Source: a virus. Taken from it: 64,000 bases of DNA. How positions within the stretch are numbered: the first letter of the stretch is position 1; each line of letters begins with the position of its first letter. Shown here piece by piece: positions 34,432-44,096 of the stretch. The position numbers were made by a program, and so were the translations under genes. The stretch lies in IMG/VR virus record IMGVR_UViG_3300035698_014118, positions 14,190 through 78,189 of that record; one strand, given 5' to 3'. The notes under the pieces were generated by a model. It searched no databases. It was given only the letters and a program-made list of their open reading frames with translations, and had not been told where the DNA came from.

Positions 34432-37400
34432 ATGAGTCTTAATAAAACGGCGAGTATGACTTTGATTAATGTACAAGCATTGAACACTCCTGAACAATGG
34501 GAAGAATTTAATCTTGATAATATCAAAATAGCGTCTGCTCAAGAAAAGGAAGCATTAGGTGGATTTGATATAAAATCTGCCGTTACAGGTCATCCAGATC
34601 ATTTGTTTGTAAAAGTTTTTGCTATTAAGAAAGACGAAGTAAATGATAATGGAGATGCTTTCAGCGAAAAAGAACTACTTAAAGCATATCAAAGTTTCGT
34701 TGGAGTTCCTATCTTTTGTAATCATCAGAATAATGACATTGAAAAAGCTCGCGGCAAAGTAGCTCACTCATGGTATGACAAAAAACAGGGTGGTATTTTT
34801 ATTATTGCAAGAGTAGATAAGATTGCATATCCTAAACTTGCTAGAGGTATCGAAGAGGGATATATTACTGGCACTTCTATGGGATGTAGCGTAGAATATT
34901 CTGTTTGTTCTATCTGTCATCATCGTGCTGCTACAGCAGATCAGTATTGCGAGCATGTTCGCGAAAGAAAAAATAAGAAGTTCAGTGGTAATGTTGAATG
35001 TCAGTATGAATGCTTATCGGCCAACGATTCTTGTCCAGTTTGCGGTAAAACTCAGGATGAGAAAAAGATAGTTAAACATAATGCATCAACTGTTTTCGAA
35101 CATAACTTCGACTTAAAGTTTATTGAAAACAGTTTTGTTGTTAATCCTGCATGCCACGAATGCGGAGTAACAGAGATACTTAATCTTCCTGCAATAAACA
35201 AAAAAGTTGCTTCATTAAGAGAAACTTTAAAGAAGATTAATGAAACTGCATGTTCAGATGGTACTTGTAAACTTCAGAAAGTAGCAGGAAAACAAGAAGT
35301 AGACTATTTAAATGATGCAATGGACAAAATAGAAAGAGTTGCTAAGAGCATGATGTCTCAGAAGCATCATGTTTCTATGGAATACGTAAGTGACTTGGTT
35401 AAGGCATTGGCTGATGTTCAAGGAATAACCGATGAATTAGTAGAGATGGGTTACACACAACTTCCTTCTCCTGTAGTAACAGGCGAAGAAGATGTTGATT
35501 TATCCAAAGAATCTACTGATGAAATTGATCCTCAGCAACTTGGTGAAGCTCCTCAGCAACTTGGTGAAGCTCCTGCACAACCAGTTCAGACTACTGTAAG
35601 TCCTGCTGGAATTGTTAATGAAAACATTGGAGATGTTGGCTCTATAACAAAACCCAAATATTCATCTAATATAATTGATAAAAAAAAGAAGGAATTCATT
35701 ACTGCTTCTGACAATTTAATAAAAAAGCTAGCATTATTACAGGATAGCATTGTCGCTAAAGAAATCGTGAGTGAACAGCAAACTAACAGCACAGAAAACA
35801 TATCCGATAAGGAGTTAGAAATGACAGCGGAAAACGCGGATAAAGTCGGAACTGAACAGGACAACATGGAAAAAACAGCAGAACACAGTACCGAGGTTAT
35901 TACGGAAAAACAATTGCCTAATGCTGAAGGTGCTGGTGAACGTTGGGACGCTGCTCCCGATATCATAACTGAAAAACAGTTGGACAAGCCTACCGCTAAT
36001 AAAGACCCTAACGAAACTACAAGTGATAGCCCACAGCATAGAACAGGCTCTTATGAAGTTATCACTGAAAAGCAGCTTGATAGTATCGCTAGTGGTTATG
36101 TTACTAGGTGGAACGACTGGCCCAATGTTATTACAGAAAAGCAATGGACCGACGTTAGCCGTTGGATTGGTTCTACGCTGAGTAATGATCAGGATACAGT
36201 TATTAGCGAAAAGCAGCTTTCAGATTTCATGTCTCATCATGGCTATTCTTCTCCGACTTTTATTACTGAGAAGCAGCTTAACGGTTCAGACACTGAACAG
36301 ACTAAGCGATGGGCCGATGACACTTCTGGAATGATTAAAGCCGCTGAAGATGCCATTTCAGATACTATTGCATATTTCATGAAAACTCCTACTGAAGTTA
36401 AAAAGGCAATTGCTTTTATTCATGAGAATCCTAGAAATCTAGAAAAGGCCGCTTTCCTTACTTTGATCAACTCGCTTCCTCATAAGTCTGATGATAGAAA
36501 GAACGCAAAAGCTAAATACACCTATCTATCTAAAATGGCTCAGCAAGAAGTAGAGGGTCCGGGACTTCTAGATGCTCTTGTAATTAGTATGAGCGACAAC
36601 TTAAGTAGATTTAATACTGAAGATTTTATGTCAGCACTAAAGCATGTTTCTTCTAACAAGAAAGCTATGTCTCAGGTTGACAACATTGTTAGAATTAAAC
36701 TCGCAGGCGATCTTGAAGTTGAAGATGTCGTGACTAAGGAAGCTGCTTTTGAATCTGCCATTGCAAATCTTGATAGACCAGAAGATGGAACTTATCAGGT
36801 TAATGCAACCATTGCAGAAATCGGTAAAAATCCAAAGAATAAATCTGAATTTCTAAATGCACTACATGCATTTGCTGGAAACGTTATTAATGACGATGGT
36901 ATTAAGACAGCCATTACTAAGGTTGATTTGGATGAGAAAAAAGGTATTGTTGTTGCAACTCTTAAAAACGTAGAAGCCTTAACACCAGCAGAACAAGCTG
37001 CTATCGTTTCTCGACAAAATAGAAAACCAGTTGAAGAGCAGCGTGAATCCCTTGATGAAGAAGAAATGCTTCTGAATGGTAAGGATTCAATCAAAGGTGC
37101 GCCTAGAACTTATAGCTCTCGTAAAGAAGCTAGAGAAGGACTTCTAAAATCCGCTCAGATGTTTGGCGGCGAAATGGGCGGTCAGGGCGGCGCATCTCAA
37201 GCACCTGGCGCTGGCGCAAGCCTTCCTCAGCCGCCACAGGATATGGGACAAGCTCCTGTAGAAAGCTTCGAACAGTCTGATCTAGGTGAAGTCGGTATGG
37301 ACGAATCACTCCAACCGAAACCACCAGGTTCTTCATGCCCCGTTTGTACATCTGATGATGTAGACATTATAAATGGCGAAGGCAAATGTAATAACTGTGG

Positions 37401-40400
37401 TGCTGACATTAGTTACGAAATTCAGATTAAAGTAAAGAATTGGCCTAACACGATGGAAAGCAACAGAGACAGTTCTGAAGAAGGTGATACTCTTTCCGAT
37501 GAAGCTAATCTGGAAGAAGAGGACGCTGGATTCAAGATGCCTGAAGGCGGCGAGCCGATGGCCGCAGCAGCTTCAACTAAAAACGACAAGACAAAGAAAA
37601 CTGCTTCTGTTGAAGAATATGAAGTAGATAAATTTGCTGCAACTGTTCTTCTGAAGAAAGACGTTATCACTAAGGTTGCAGAAGCCAAGATTGCTCTTGG
37701 TTCAGTTAGCCCGTTGACTGGTAATACTGAAACAATAGATATCGGTAATGGAAAACATGTATGTTTGGATACTGGTGCTACTTATTCAGTACAGTATGCA
37801 GTTAGCAAAGCCGATCCTAAGAAAGTCTATGCAAGATGGATTTGGGAGCCAAAGACCGCTGATACTTGTTCCAATTGCAGTAGAGCTAAGACTGCTTTTG
37901 TTTCTGCTCTAAAATCTATGGGTTCCAGCGAAAAAGAATTTGACGAGCAAGATATCAAAAGCAAAGCAGAAACTATTTTGGCTATGAGAAAAGCTGGTCA
38001 TCTTAAAACAATCAAAATTGCTGAAAATAAAAATTCTGTTATAGAAGAGTATAAGAAAGCATACAACACTACGACTATGGGAGACAAATTCCCAATCGAA
38101 TCGTGTAGAGAAAAGCTTGCAAGACGTTTTGGAGAAAATGCATTGGCTTTAAGCGGTCCTTGCGAAGGTAAACCTCTATATGACTGCGTATGTTCTTCCC
38201 TTAAGAGTGCAGATGTTTATTCTCACGGTCTTGCTATTAAGGTTGCCGAAGTTTGGAAAGACAAAGAAGCTTCTTCAGAATGTATGGAAGATTTCGTTAG
38301 ACAGGGCTATGAACTTAAAGAAGCTGCAACTATATGCGAGCTTATGAGAATGAAGTATGCCCAGTTCGATGACGAATTTGCAACCGAATTAGAAGATGCT
38401 GTTTCGGACAACTTAGATCAAGTAGAAGACGATATCGACGGTCCAGAAGTTAGCCCGTTTGATAATTTGGACGAAGGTGTTGAGGGCGTTGACGAATCAA
38501 CCGTAACAATCGAACTTCCTGCTGAGTTGGTCGAACAGTTAGATGCTGCTTTAGATGTAAGTCTTGGTGAAAACCCAGCTATAGAAGATCATCATGAGGA
38601 TATTGTAGAAGAAGAAGGCGTAGCCGATATTGCAGAAATCGGTGGAGCCGAAGATGTTGTTGATGACGAACCTGTAGTAGAAGTTGGCGTTGCAGAATTA
38701 GGTGAAGAAAAAGACATGGTTGGCGGCAATCCTGCTGGCGATCTTGGAGGTGCAGGCGGCATGGGTGGCGATGTCAATCCAGCAGCCGGTGGGCAAGTTG
38801 CTAATCTTGAAGGCGGCGATGTACTAGCTCCTGAACTTGGCAGCGATCTTGACAGCGAAGTCGGCGGAGATGTTGACGGTCTTGAAATTGAAGTTGAACT
38901 TGGCGGCGAGGAACTTGGCGGCGATGAACTTGGCGGCGAAGAAGGCGGAAACCAATGTGAAGAATTGGCTAAAAAGGTCTTGTCTGAAGAACTTTCTTTG
39001 GCTGATGCTTTGAACCAAATTCCTGAAGAAGAACAGGACGCATTGTTGGATGCAATAAAAGCTGTTAATAATTGTGAAAAAGAAGAAGGAATTAAAAACG
39101 ATGTTGTTGAAACAGTAGAAGAAGACGCAACGGATGTTGTTGATGAAGGCGAAACCTTCAAAGAAGGTGGCGAAGAAGAAACAGTTAAAGAAGAAGGACC
39201 AGTTGTTGAAGAAGATAAAGATTGTATTGCATCGGAGAATACCGAAATGGTAACAACTCAGACTGAAGAGGAAATGATTATAGAAGCTCAGAAAATGCGA
39301 AGAGGAAGAATCGGCCATACAGGCGAGATCAACCTCGACCTCTCTGCTGTAATGAATGTTATTAATAAAGAAGCTGGCGAAAAAGAACTGAAACAGGAAA
39401 ATGCACAAGATACTCCTGATTTGGGCAAAGTAAAAGATACAACTACCATTGGCGACGAAGATGCATTCACTGATGGTGTTGATAGTAAACCAAACGTTCC
39501 GTCCGAAAATGCAACTATGGGACAGGAACCTAGCGATTTAAATCCATCATCTGCTCCGAAAGTAAAGATTCCTGTTGGAAGCGAAAACATGGGACATGAA
39601 GAGCTAGAAGGTGGAGATAATAGAGCAACTGGTGGCGAGCAGGGACAAGGAACATCAAGAGCTGCTAATACTAAAGATAGAATCACTGCTTTGGCAGAAG
39701 GAATTCTTCAAGCACAAGCTAACCAGATTAAAGTAGCAGACGAAAAGAAAGTCGAAAGACATCAGAATCAAGATGACGAAGATGTAAAACCTTATTCTGA
39801 AGGCGACGGTTCTTTCATGGGTAACGAAAAAGAAAGTATTGAATCCGTTCCCGCTGCCGAAGCAAAGCCAAGTCAGGTTCCAACAACTGACAGCGCTTTC
39901 ATCGGTAATGAAAAAGAAAGCATTGGCGACAAGCCTTCAGAAAAAGATACGCCAGATATTCCTGCCAAAGATGACAGAATTAAAGGCGAAAAAGATAATG
40001 AAAAGATTGCTCCCGAAAAGGAAGAGCAAGTAACAGGTATCACAGGTACCGGTCAGGGCGGAGTCATCGCTAGTAGCGATGCGGAGTCCAAGGTTCATAA
40101 GACCAACGAAGCAGCTTACAAACTAGCTGGCCGCATGTTGCAAAACAACATGATTGAAGTTGGACAGCTTGAAAGTAAGGTTGCAGAATTGAACAAGTAT
40201 GAATCTGCCCAGTTGAAAGATTTGGAAACAGCAATGTTTTCAGGGCAAAAAGGACTCAACGCACCGTCAGACGGCATAGAGCAAGCCGTAATTGTAGGCG
40301 AAGTCAGTAGCGAAAAAGAAGCTCAGAAAAGAAACGAGCATATGATGAAAGATGCTCAGGAAGAGCTTACTGGACAGCTACAAAGTATCTTCAGTCTTGC

Positions 40401-40464
40401 ACAGAAAAACGCTCTAGCAGAAGAGGATAATGATATCCAACTCCGTAAAGCATACGGAAGATAA
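34432..40464 (+). CDS. giant prohead protease/scaffold-like protein
   Basis: N-terminal NDNGDAF..NH..ARG..GTSMGC..FIENSFV protease-like domain; ITEKQ repeats; acidic C-terminal half; directly upstream of the capsid genes. Confidence 0.65.
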   Translation: MSLNKTASMTLINVQALNTPEQWEEFNLDNIKIASAQEKEALGGFDIKSAVTGHPDHLFVKVFAIKKDEVNDNGDAFSEKELLKAYQSFVGVPIFCNHQNNDIEKARGKVAHSWYDKKQGGIFIIARVDKIAYPKLARGIEEGYITGTSMGCSVEYSVCSICHHRAATADQYCEHVRERKNKKFSGNVECQYECLSANDSCPVCGKTQDEKKIVKHNASTVFEHNFDLKFIENSFVVNPACHECGVTEILNLPAINKKVASLRETLKKINETACSDGTCKLQKVAGKQEVDYLNDAMDKIERVAKSMMSQKHHVSMEYVSDLVKALADVQGITDELVEMGYTQLPSPVVTGEEDVDLSKESTDEIDPQQLGEAPQQLGEAPAQPVQTTVSPAGIVNENIGDVGSITKPKYSSNIIDKKKKEFITASDNLIKKLALLQDSIVAKEIVSEQQTNSTENISDKELEMTAENADKVGTEQDNMEKTAEHSTEVITEKQLPNAEGAGERWDAAPDIITEKQLDKPTANKDPNETTSDSPQHRTGSYEVITEKQLDSIASGYVTRWNDWPNVITEKQWTDVSRWIGSTLSNDQDTVISEKQLSDFMSHHGYSSPTFITEKQLNGSDTEQTKRWADDTSGMIKAAEDAISDTIAYFMKTPTEVKKAIAFIHENPRNLEKAAFLTLINSLPHKSDDRKNAKAKYTYLSKMAQQEVEGPGLLDALVISMSDNLSRFNTEDFMSALKHVSSNKKAMSQVDNIVRIKLAGDLEVEDVVTKEAAFESAIANLDRPEDGTYQVNATIAEIGKNPKNKSEFLNALHAFAGNVINDDGIKTAITKVDLDEKKGIVVATLKNVEALTPAEQAAIVSRQNRKPVEEQRESLDEEEMLLNGKDSIKGAPRTYSSRKEAREGLLKSAQMFGGEMGGQGGASQAPGAGASLPQPPQDMGQAPVESFEQSDLGEVGMDESLQPKPPGSSCPVCTSDDVDIINGEGKCNNCGADISYEIQIKVKNWPNTMESNRDSSEEGDTLSDEANLEEEDAGFKMPEGGEPMAAAASTKNDKTKKTASVEEYEVDKFAATVLLKKDVITKVAEAKIALGSVSPLTGNTETIDIGNGKHVCLDTGATYSVQYAVSKADPKKVYARWIWEPKTADTCSNCSRAKTAFVSALKSMGSSEKEFDEQDIKSKAETILAMRKAGHLKTIKIAENKNSVIEEYKKAYNTTTMGDKFPIESCREKLARRFGENALALSGPCEGKPLYDCVCSSLKSADVYSHGLAIKVAEVWKDKEASSECMEDFVRQGYELKEAATICELMRMKYAQFDDEFATELEDAVSDNLDQVEDDIDGPEVSPFDNLDEGVEGVDESTVTIELPAELVEQLDAALDVSLGENPAIEDHHEDIVEEEGVADIAEIGGAEDVVDDEPVVEVGVAELGEEKDMVGGNPAGDLGGAGGMGGDVNPAAGGQVANLEGGDVLAPELGSDLDSEVGGDVDGLEIEVELGGEELGGDELGGEEGGNQCEELAKKVLSEELSLADALNQIPEEEQDALLDAIKAVNNCEKEEGIKNDVVETVEEDATDVVDEGETFKEGGEEETVKEEGPVVEEDKDCIASENTEMVTTQTEEEMIIEAQKMRRGRIGHTGEINLDLSAVMNVINKEAGEKELKQENAQDTPDLGKVKDTTTIGDEDAFTDGVDSKPNVPSENATMGQEPSDLNPSSAPKVKIPVGSENMGHEELEGGDNRATGGEQGQGTSRAANTKDRITALAEGILQAQANQIKVADEKKVERHQNQDDEDVKPYSEGDGSFMGNEKESIESVPAAEAKPSQVPTTDSAFIGNEKESIGDKPSEKDTPDIPAKDDRIKGEKDNEKIAPEKEEQVTGITGTGQGGVIASSDAESKVHKTNEAAYKLAGRMLQNNMIEVGQLESKVAELNKYESAQLKDLETAMFSGQKGLNAPSDGIEQAVIVGEVSSEKEAQKRNEHMMKDAQEELTGQLQSIFSLAQKNALAEEDNDIQLRKAYGR

Positions 40465-40480
40465 AAAGGAGTAATGAACA

Positions 40481-41050
40481 ATGGCTCTTATTGAAATTTA
40501 TCATGTAGTAGCTGATTACTACCCAGTAGACCCTGATTGGACTAACCCGATTATTGAAGGTATGGCAGTACGTCTTAATGCTGCTGGTTTCGCTCAGGCT
40601 TCAACTGGCGCAGCTAATACACACGATATTGGCCTTGCTGGCGACAGCATGACCACTAACGTTCCCACAGCAGCCAACCCGCATACTCCGTATTCTGCCG
40701 CACTGACCGTAAACTCAGCAGGTAGTCAAGCTTGGACCCAGAACAGAGTTTCTGATGCATTCGATGAGACTTTGGCATCTGCCCAGCTAACTGTTTATAA
40801 CGGCGGCGGCAAGTTCGCAACTACAGAATACGAATTGCTCACCGGCGGCGTTCCTATTGCTTATGCAATAGGCGATGCATTGTATGCAAGCGCAAATGGT
40901 CGTTTGACCAGTGTAGCATCTGCAAGCGCTCAGATAATTGCAGACGTTGTTGGCACACCCGGAGCATATCCTAGTGGCGTACCGGGCACTGATACAGCAG
41001 ATGGCTCGCTGTCTCTAGGCACGTACCTCACTGTATTGCTGCGTAACTAA
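40481..41050 (+). CDS. probable capsid decoration/cement protein
   Basis: A/G/T-rich; GDALYASANGRLT; located between scaffold and MCP. Confidence 0.6.
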   Translation: MALIEIYHVVADYYPVDPDWTNPIIEGMAVRLNAAGFAQASTGAANTHDIGLAGDSMTTNVPTAANPHTPYSAALTVNSAGSQAWTQNRVSDAFDETLASAQLTVYNGGGKFATTEYELLTGGVPIAYAIGDALYASANGRLTSVASASAQIIADVVGTPGAYPSGVPGTDTADGSLSLGTYLTVLLRN

Positions 41051-41132
41051 TATAAATGCCTATATCTAATTTATTGTAGGGTTTATCTAATAAATGCCTA
41101 CAAACTTGGAATAGGATAAGGAGAAATTAACA

Positions 41133-42002
41133 ATGGCTATGACAAAGACTCTTACTGACCAACAGAAAGAAGAAGTAATTGCTCAGGCTCTAGAGACCGA
41201 TGAGGGTAGAGTAGCCCTAGCTCAGGCTATGGTAGAACCTATCCGTCGTTCCCTAGAATACCAGGCTGTCGGACGTAAGCTTCTGATGGTTGACGAACTG
41301 CCGCAGGGCGCACTCGCTCGTTACGAGAGAGACGTTGCCGCTATCGCGCATGTAGTTAGCCGTAGAGGTGCCGTACCTGACCAGATTCAGGAAGGCGAAG
41401 AAATTCTAGTTCCGACGTTTGAAATTGCTGCAAACCCAAGCGTACGTTTATCTGAGATCAAGGCACGTAGATTTTATATCGTTGACCGTGCCCAGATCAA
41501 AGCTAAAGAAGCTATCCAGAAAGAAGAAGACACAAACATTTTCAACGCATTGATCGCCGCTGCTAATACCAGAGGTACTCAGATTGTCCAGAACGTTGGA
41601 AACCTTACTGTCAACTCTCTGAACACCGCTTATAGACTTATTGAACAGCATGACCTTGTTTGCACAAAAGTAGTTATGCAGGCCAATAGATTTGCCGATA
41701 TTCGTTTGTTCGGTAAAGATTTCTACGACGAAGCAACGCAAAGAGAAATTATCACGACTGGTCTTTATGGACATCTTTGGACCGCTGACCTGCATGTTAG
41801 CTCTAGAATGTCCCCGAACACCGTTCTTTTGGTAGCTTCTCCCGACACAGTTGGTGCTTTCCCGATTCGTCAGGACATCACTGTGCTTCCGGCTGATGAT
41901 CCCAAGAAGTTGCGTCTTGGATGGGTAATTTACGAGGAAGTCGGAATCGTTGTAGTTAACGATTACGCTATCTCTCTCATTCAGATCGTTGCTGCTACGT
42001 AA
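41133..42002 (+). CDS. major capsid protein (HK97 fold)
   Basis: Strong RBS, biased codon usage, GRVALAQAMVEPIR, PTFEIAANP, followed by a terminator. Confidence 0.8.
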   Translation: MAMTKTLTDQQKEEVIAQALETDEGRVALAQAMVEPIRRSLEYQAVGRKLLMVDELPQGALARYERDVAAIAHVVSRRGAVPDQIQEGEEILVPTFEIAANPSVRLSEIKARRFYIVDRAQIKAKEAIQKEEDTNIFNALIAAANTRGTQIVQNVGNLTVNSLNTAYRLIEQHDLVCTKVVMQANRFADIRLFGKDFYDEATQREIITTGLYGHLWTADLHVSSRMSPNTVLLVASPDTVGAFPIRQDITVLPADDPKKLRLGWVIYEEVGIVVVNDYAISLIQIVAAT

Positions 42003-42027
42003 TAGATAGTTAAAACCTAAAACAACT

Positions 42028-42056
42028 AGGCCGGTAGAAATACCGGCCTTTTGTTT
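42028..42056 (+). terminator. intrinsic terminator after MCP
   Basis: AGGCCGGTA-GAAA-TACCGGCCT followed by TTTGTTT. Confidence 0.85.
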
Positions 42057-42100
42057 GTACTTATTGTGAATAGTTCCGATTATATAATAAGCAAAAGGAG

Positions 42101-42460
42101 ATGGACATGGATAATAAATCATATGCCTATTCTATATTGGAACTTTTGGGACAAGTCACTCACTGCCAACAAACTGGTAATGGTTTTGAATATAGACTAA
42201 ATAACTATAGTTTTATTTTAGATATTAATTTTAATGGATTCTACCAAATAGAAATTATCAATCATGATATTAATAAAAATTCATTTGAGATGGTGTTTGA
42301 TTTTGAAACATCTAAACAAATTAAAGATAAAGCTGAAGATGTATACTGCTCTCTACAAGAACTTATCGAGAGCGAAGAGGAATTACGTATTAAAGATGCG
42401 GATAGGGCTTTAGACATCTTAAGAATAGATATAAACAAAGTTATTTCTGTGATGCTATGA
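42101..42460 (+). CDS. hypothetical protein
   Basis: ORF with RBS. Confidence 0.5.
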   Translation: MDMDNKSYAYSILELLGQVTHCQQTGNGFEYRLNNYSFILDINFNGFYQIEIINHDINKNSFEMVFDFETSKQIKDKAEDVYCSLQELIESEEELRIKDADRALDILRIDINKVISVML

Positions 42461-42876
42461 TGAATGTACACAAAAAGAAAATAGAGTTCAAAAAAGAAGA
42501 TTTGGTTCCTCATAAAGCTGGATATAAAATAATGGTTCTTAGAACTATTGAAGAAGGCGACAGATATTCTATAATAGTACCTGAATTATTCTTTGATAAG
42601 TCTGGTAAATTGGTAACTAAAGAAGAATCTGTAAAACCAACAGGTGCTTTAGAAAAAGAACAGGTGCTAAGCATAATAAAATTGGTTGAGAAGCAGGCAC
42701 CTGTCAAAAACCTATACGTCTATATAGTAAGTAGAGAAGATGAACCTACAGCTTTTGGAATCTGTGCAGATATAAACCCATTAGAGAAATGGAGCTTCAC
42801 AGAGATGGCTCTTCCCGGCATGGAAGTGTCTGATATAGAGACGTTTGTGAACGATGAAAAAAATATTAAAAATTAA
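42457..42876 (+). CDS. hypothetical protein
   Basis: ATGA-coupled ORF. Confidence 0.5.
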   Translation: MMNVHKKKIEFKKEDLVPHKAGYKIMVLRTIEEGDRYSIIVPELFFDKSGKLVTKEESVKPTGALEKEQVLSIIKLVEKQAPVKNLYVYIVSREDEPTAFGICADINPLEKWSFTEMALPGMEVSDIETFVNDEKNIKN

Positions 42877-42888
42877 CAAGGATTTTAT

Positions 42889-42916
42889 TTGAAAGTGATA
42901 GAATCAGTGTTATAGT
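42889..42916 (+). promoter_or_regulatory. sigma70-type promoter of the tRNA array
   Basis: TTGAAA-N16-TATAGT with extended -10 TG. Confidence 0.5.
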
Positions 42917-42956
42917 AGTAACAGCAACCTTCCCTTCAGGGAAAGAAAGGCGTATA

Positions 42957-43043
42957 ATGTCGAGAACATTTAAACAATCCGACAGTTATCTTTGGCATTC
43001 ACTGCCATTGCGCCCCGATTTCCCGACATCGCGACATTGTTAA
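42957..43043 (+). CDS. putative 28-aa leader peptide MSRTFKQSDSYLWHSLPLRPDFPTSRHC
   Basis: AAGG RBS; stop lies inside a long hairpin just before the first tRNA. Confidence 0.35.
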   Translation: MSRTFKQSDSYLWHSLPLRPDFPTSRHC

Positions 43044-43121
43044 TCGGCTGCTCACAGCAGGTAGAATTAACAAAGTCGCGAAGAATTCCCCTTCTGTGAG
43101 TTTAGTCAATATGTATATAGC

Positions 43122-43192
43122 GGCGCAGTGACTGAGAGGAAAAGTGACGGTCTGCAAAACCGTAGACGTGGGTTCGAATCCCACCTGTGCCT
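43122..43192 (+). tRNA. tRNA-Cys(GCA)
   Basis: Cloverleaf; ACGGT-CTGCAAA-ACCGT. Confidence 0.9.
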
Positions 43193-43209
43193 TTGATAAT
43201 TAAATACGA

Positions 43210-43281
43210 GCGCCCGAAGCTCAAAAGGTGGAGCATCCGGCTTTTAACCGGAAGGACCGGGTTCGATTCCCAGCGGGCGTA
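43210..43281 (+). tRNA. tRNA-Lys(TTT)
   Basis: TCCGG-CTTTTAA-CCGGA. Confidence 0.85.
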
Positions 43282-43453
43282 TGCTTCAAAAGGAAGTGTT
43301 TGAAGTCGTTGATACCGTTTCATGGAAGATTTGAATTAGGCATCTGCGCCGCTGAACTGATATTGTTCAGATGATGTACTAGCTTTTTTATAACTGTATA
43401 TGGGTTTATTAATGTGCGATAACCGGGGAGGGTGTAACTACTCTCCCCGACAT

Positions 43454-43526
43454 ATTCCAGAAGCTCAAAAGGATGGGCGGCGGTTTACGGAACCGCAGGT
43501 TGGAGGTTCGAATCCTCTCTGGAATA
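43454..43526 (+). tRNA. tRNA-Arg(ACG)
   Basis: GCGGT-TTACGGA-ACCGC. Confidence 0.85.
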
Positions 43527-43536
43527 GTTTATATAT

Positions 43537-43612
43537 GGTGGGTGTAGCATAATTGGCTAATGCACCGTGTTGTGATCGCGGGGATTTGCGGGTTCGAATC
43601 CCGTCGCCCACC
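43537..43612 (+). tRNA. tRNA-His(GTG)
   Basis: G-1; CCGTG-TTGTGAT-CGCGG. Confidence 0.9.
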
Positions 43613-43704
43613 CGTAGGAAGGAGACCCGAGAACGACGGTTCAAGGCAGTACGGGAAAACTCAGCCTTCCCTTCTTCTTCGCGACGGTGGAGTGAAGGGA
43701 ATTA

Positions 43705-43780
43705 CGGAGTGTAGCTCAGTTTGGCTTAGAGCGCGGCGTTTGGGGCGCTGAGGTCGCAGGTTCGAGTCCTGTCACTCCGA
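43705..43780 (+). tRNA. tRNA-Pro(TGG)
   Basis: Canonical cloverleaf. Confidence 0.92.
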
Positions 43781-43786
43781 GTTTAA

Positions 43787-43933
43787 CGGTTGATGGAGTA
43801 AAAGTTTTGCATGATAGACATGAGACAGTCCGCGCGGATAACTCATGGAACACTAGTGAAATTCATGCAAGAAAATTCATCTCGCCAGGCATGGGGCTTG
43901 GAGATGGGGGTGAAAATCCCTCTCAGCCGACCA
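43787..43933 (+). ncRNA. tRNA-Pro(TGG)-like RNA with a ~70-nt structured D-loop insertion
   Basis: Acceptor CGGTTGA/TCAGCCG-A-CCA; CCAGG-CATGGGG-CTTGG; insert helix TTGCATGA/TCATGCAA. Confidence 0.65.
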
Positions 43934-43967
43934 TTATTTTTAAAAGAAGTGATTAGAACTTCTATAA

Positions 43968-44041
43968 CAGTGCGTAGCTCAGCTTGGCAGAGCGCCGGTT
44001 TTGGGAATCGGAGGTCGGAGGTTCGAATCCTCTCGCACTGA
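43968..44041 (+). tRNA. tRNA-Pro(TGG)
   Basis: Canonical cloverleaf. Confidence 0.9.
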
Positions 44042-44062
44042 GTAAGATTTTTCAAATTCTTG

Positions 44063-44090
44063 TTGAAAGATTCAATTAGCATGTTATAAT
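44063..44090 (+). promoter_or_regulatory. sigma70-type promoter of the large ncRNA
   Basis: TTGAAA-N16-TATAAT with extended -10 TG. Confidence 0.6.
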
Positions 44091-44096
44091 AGTTGA

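Noticed and set aside
35586-42122. Long minus-strand ORFs opposite the scaffold and MCP genes
   Set aside because: They are antisense shadows of strongly codon-biased genes.
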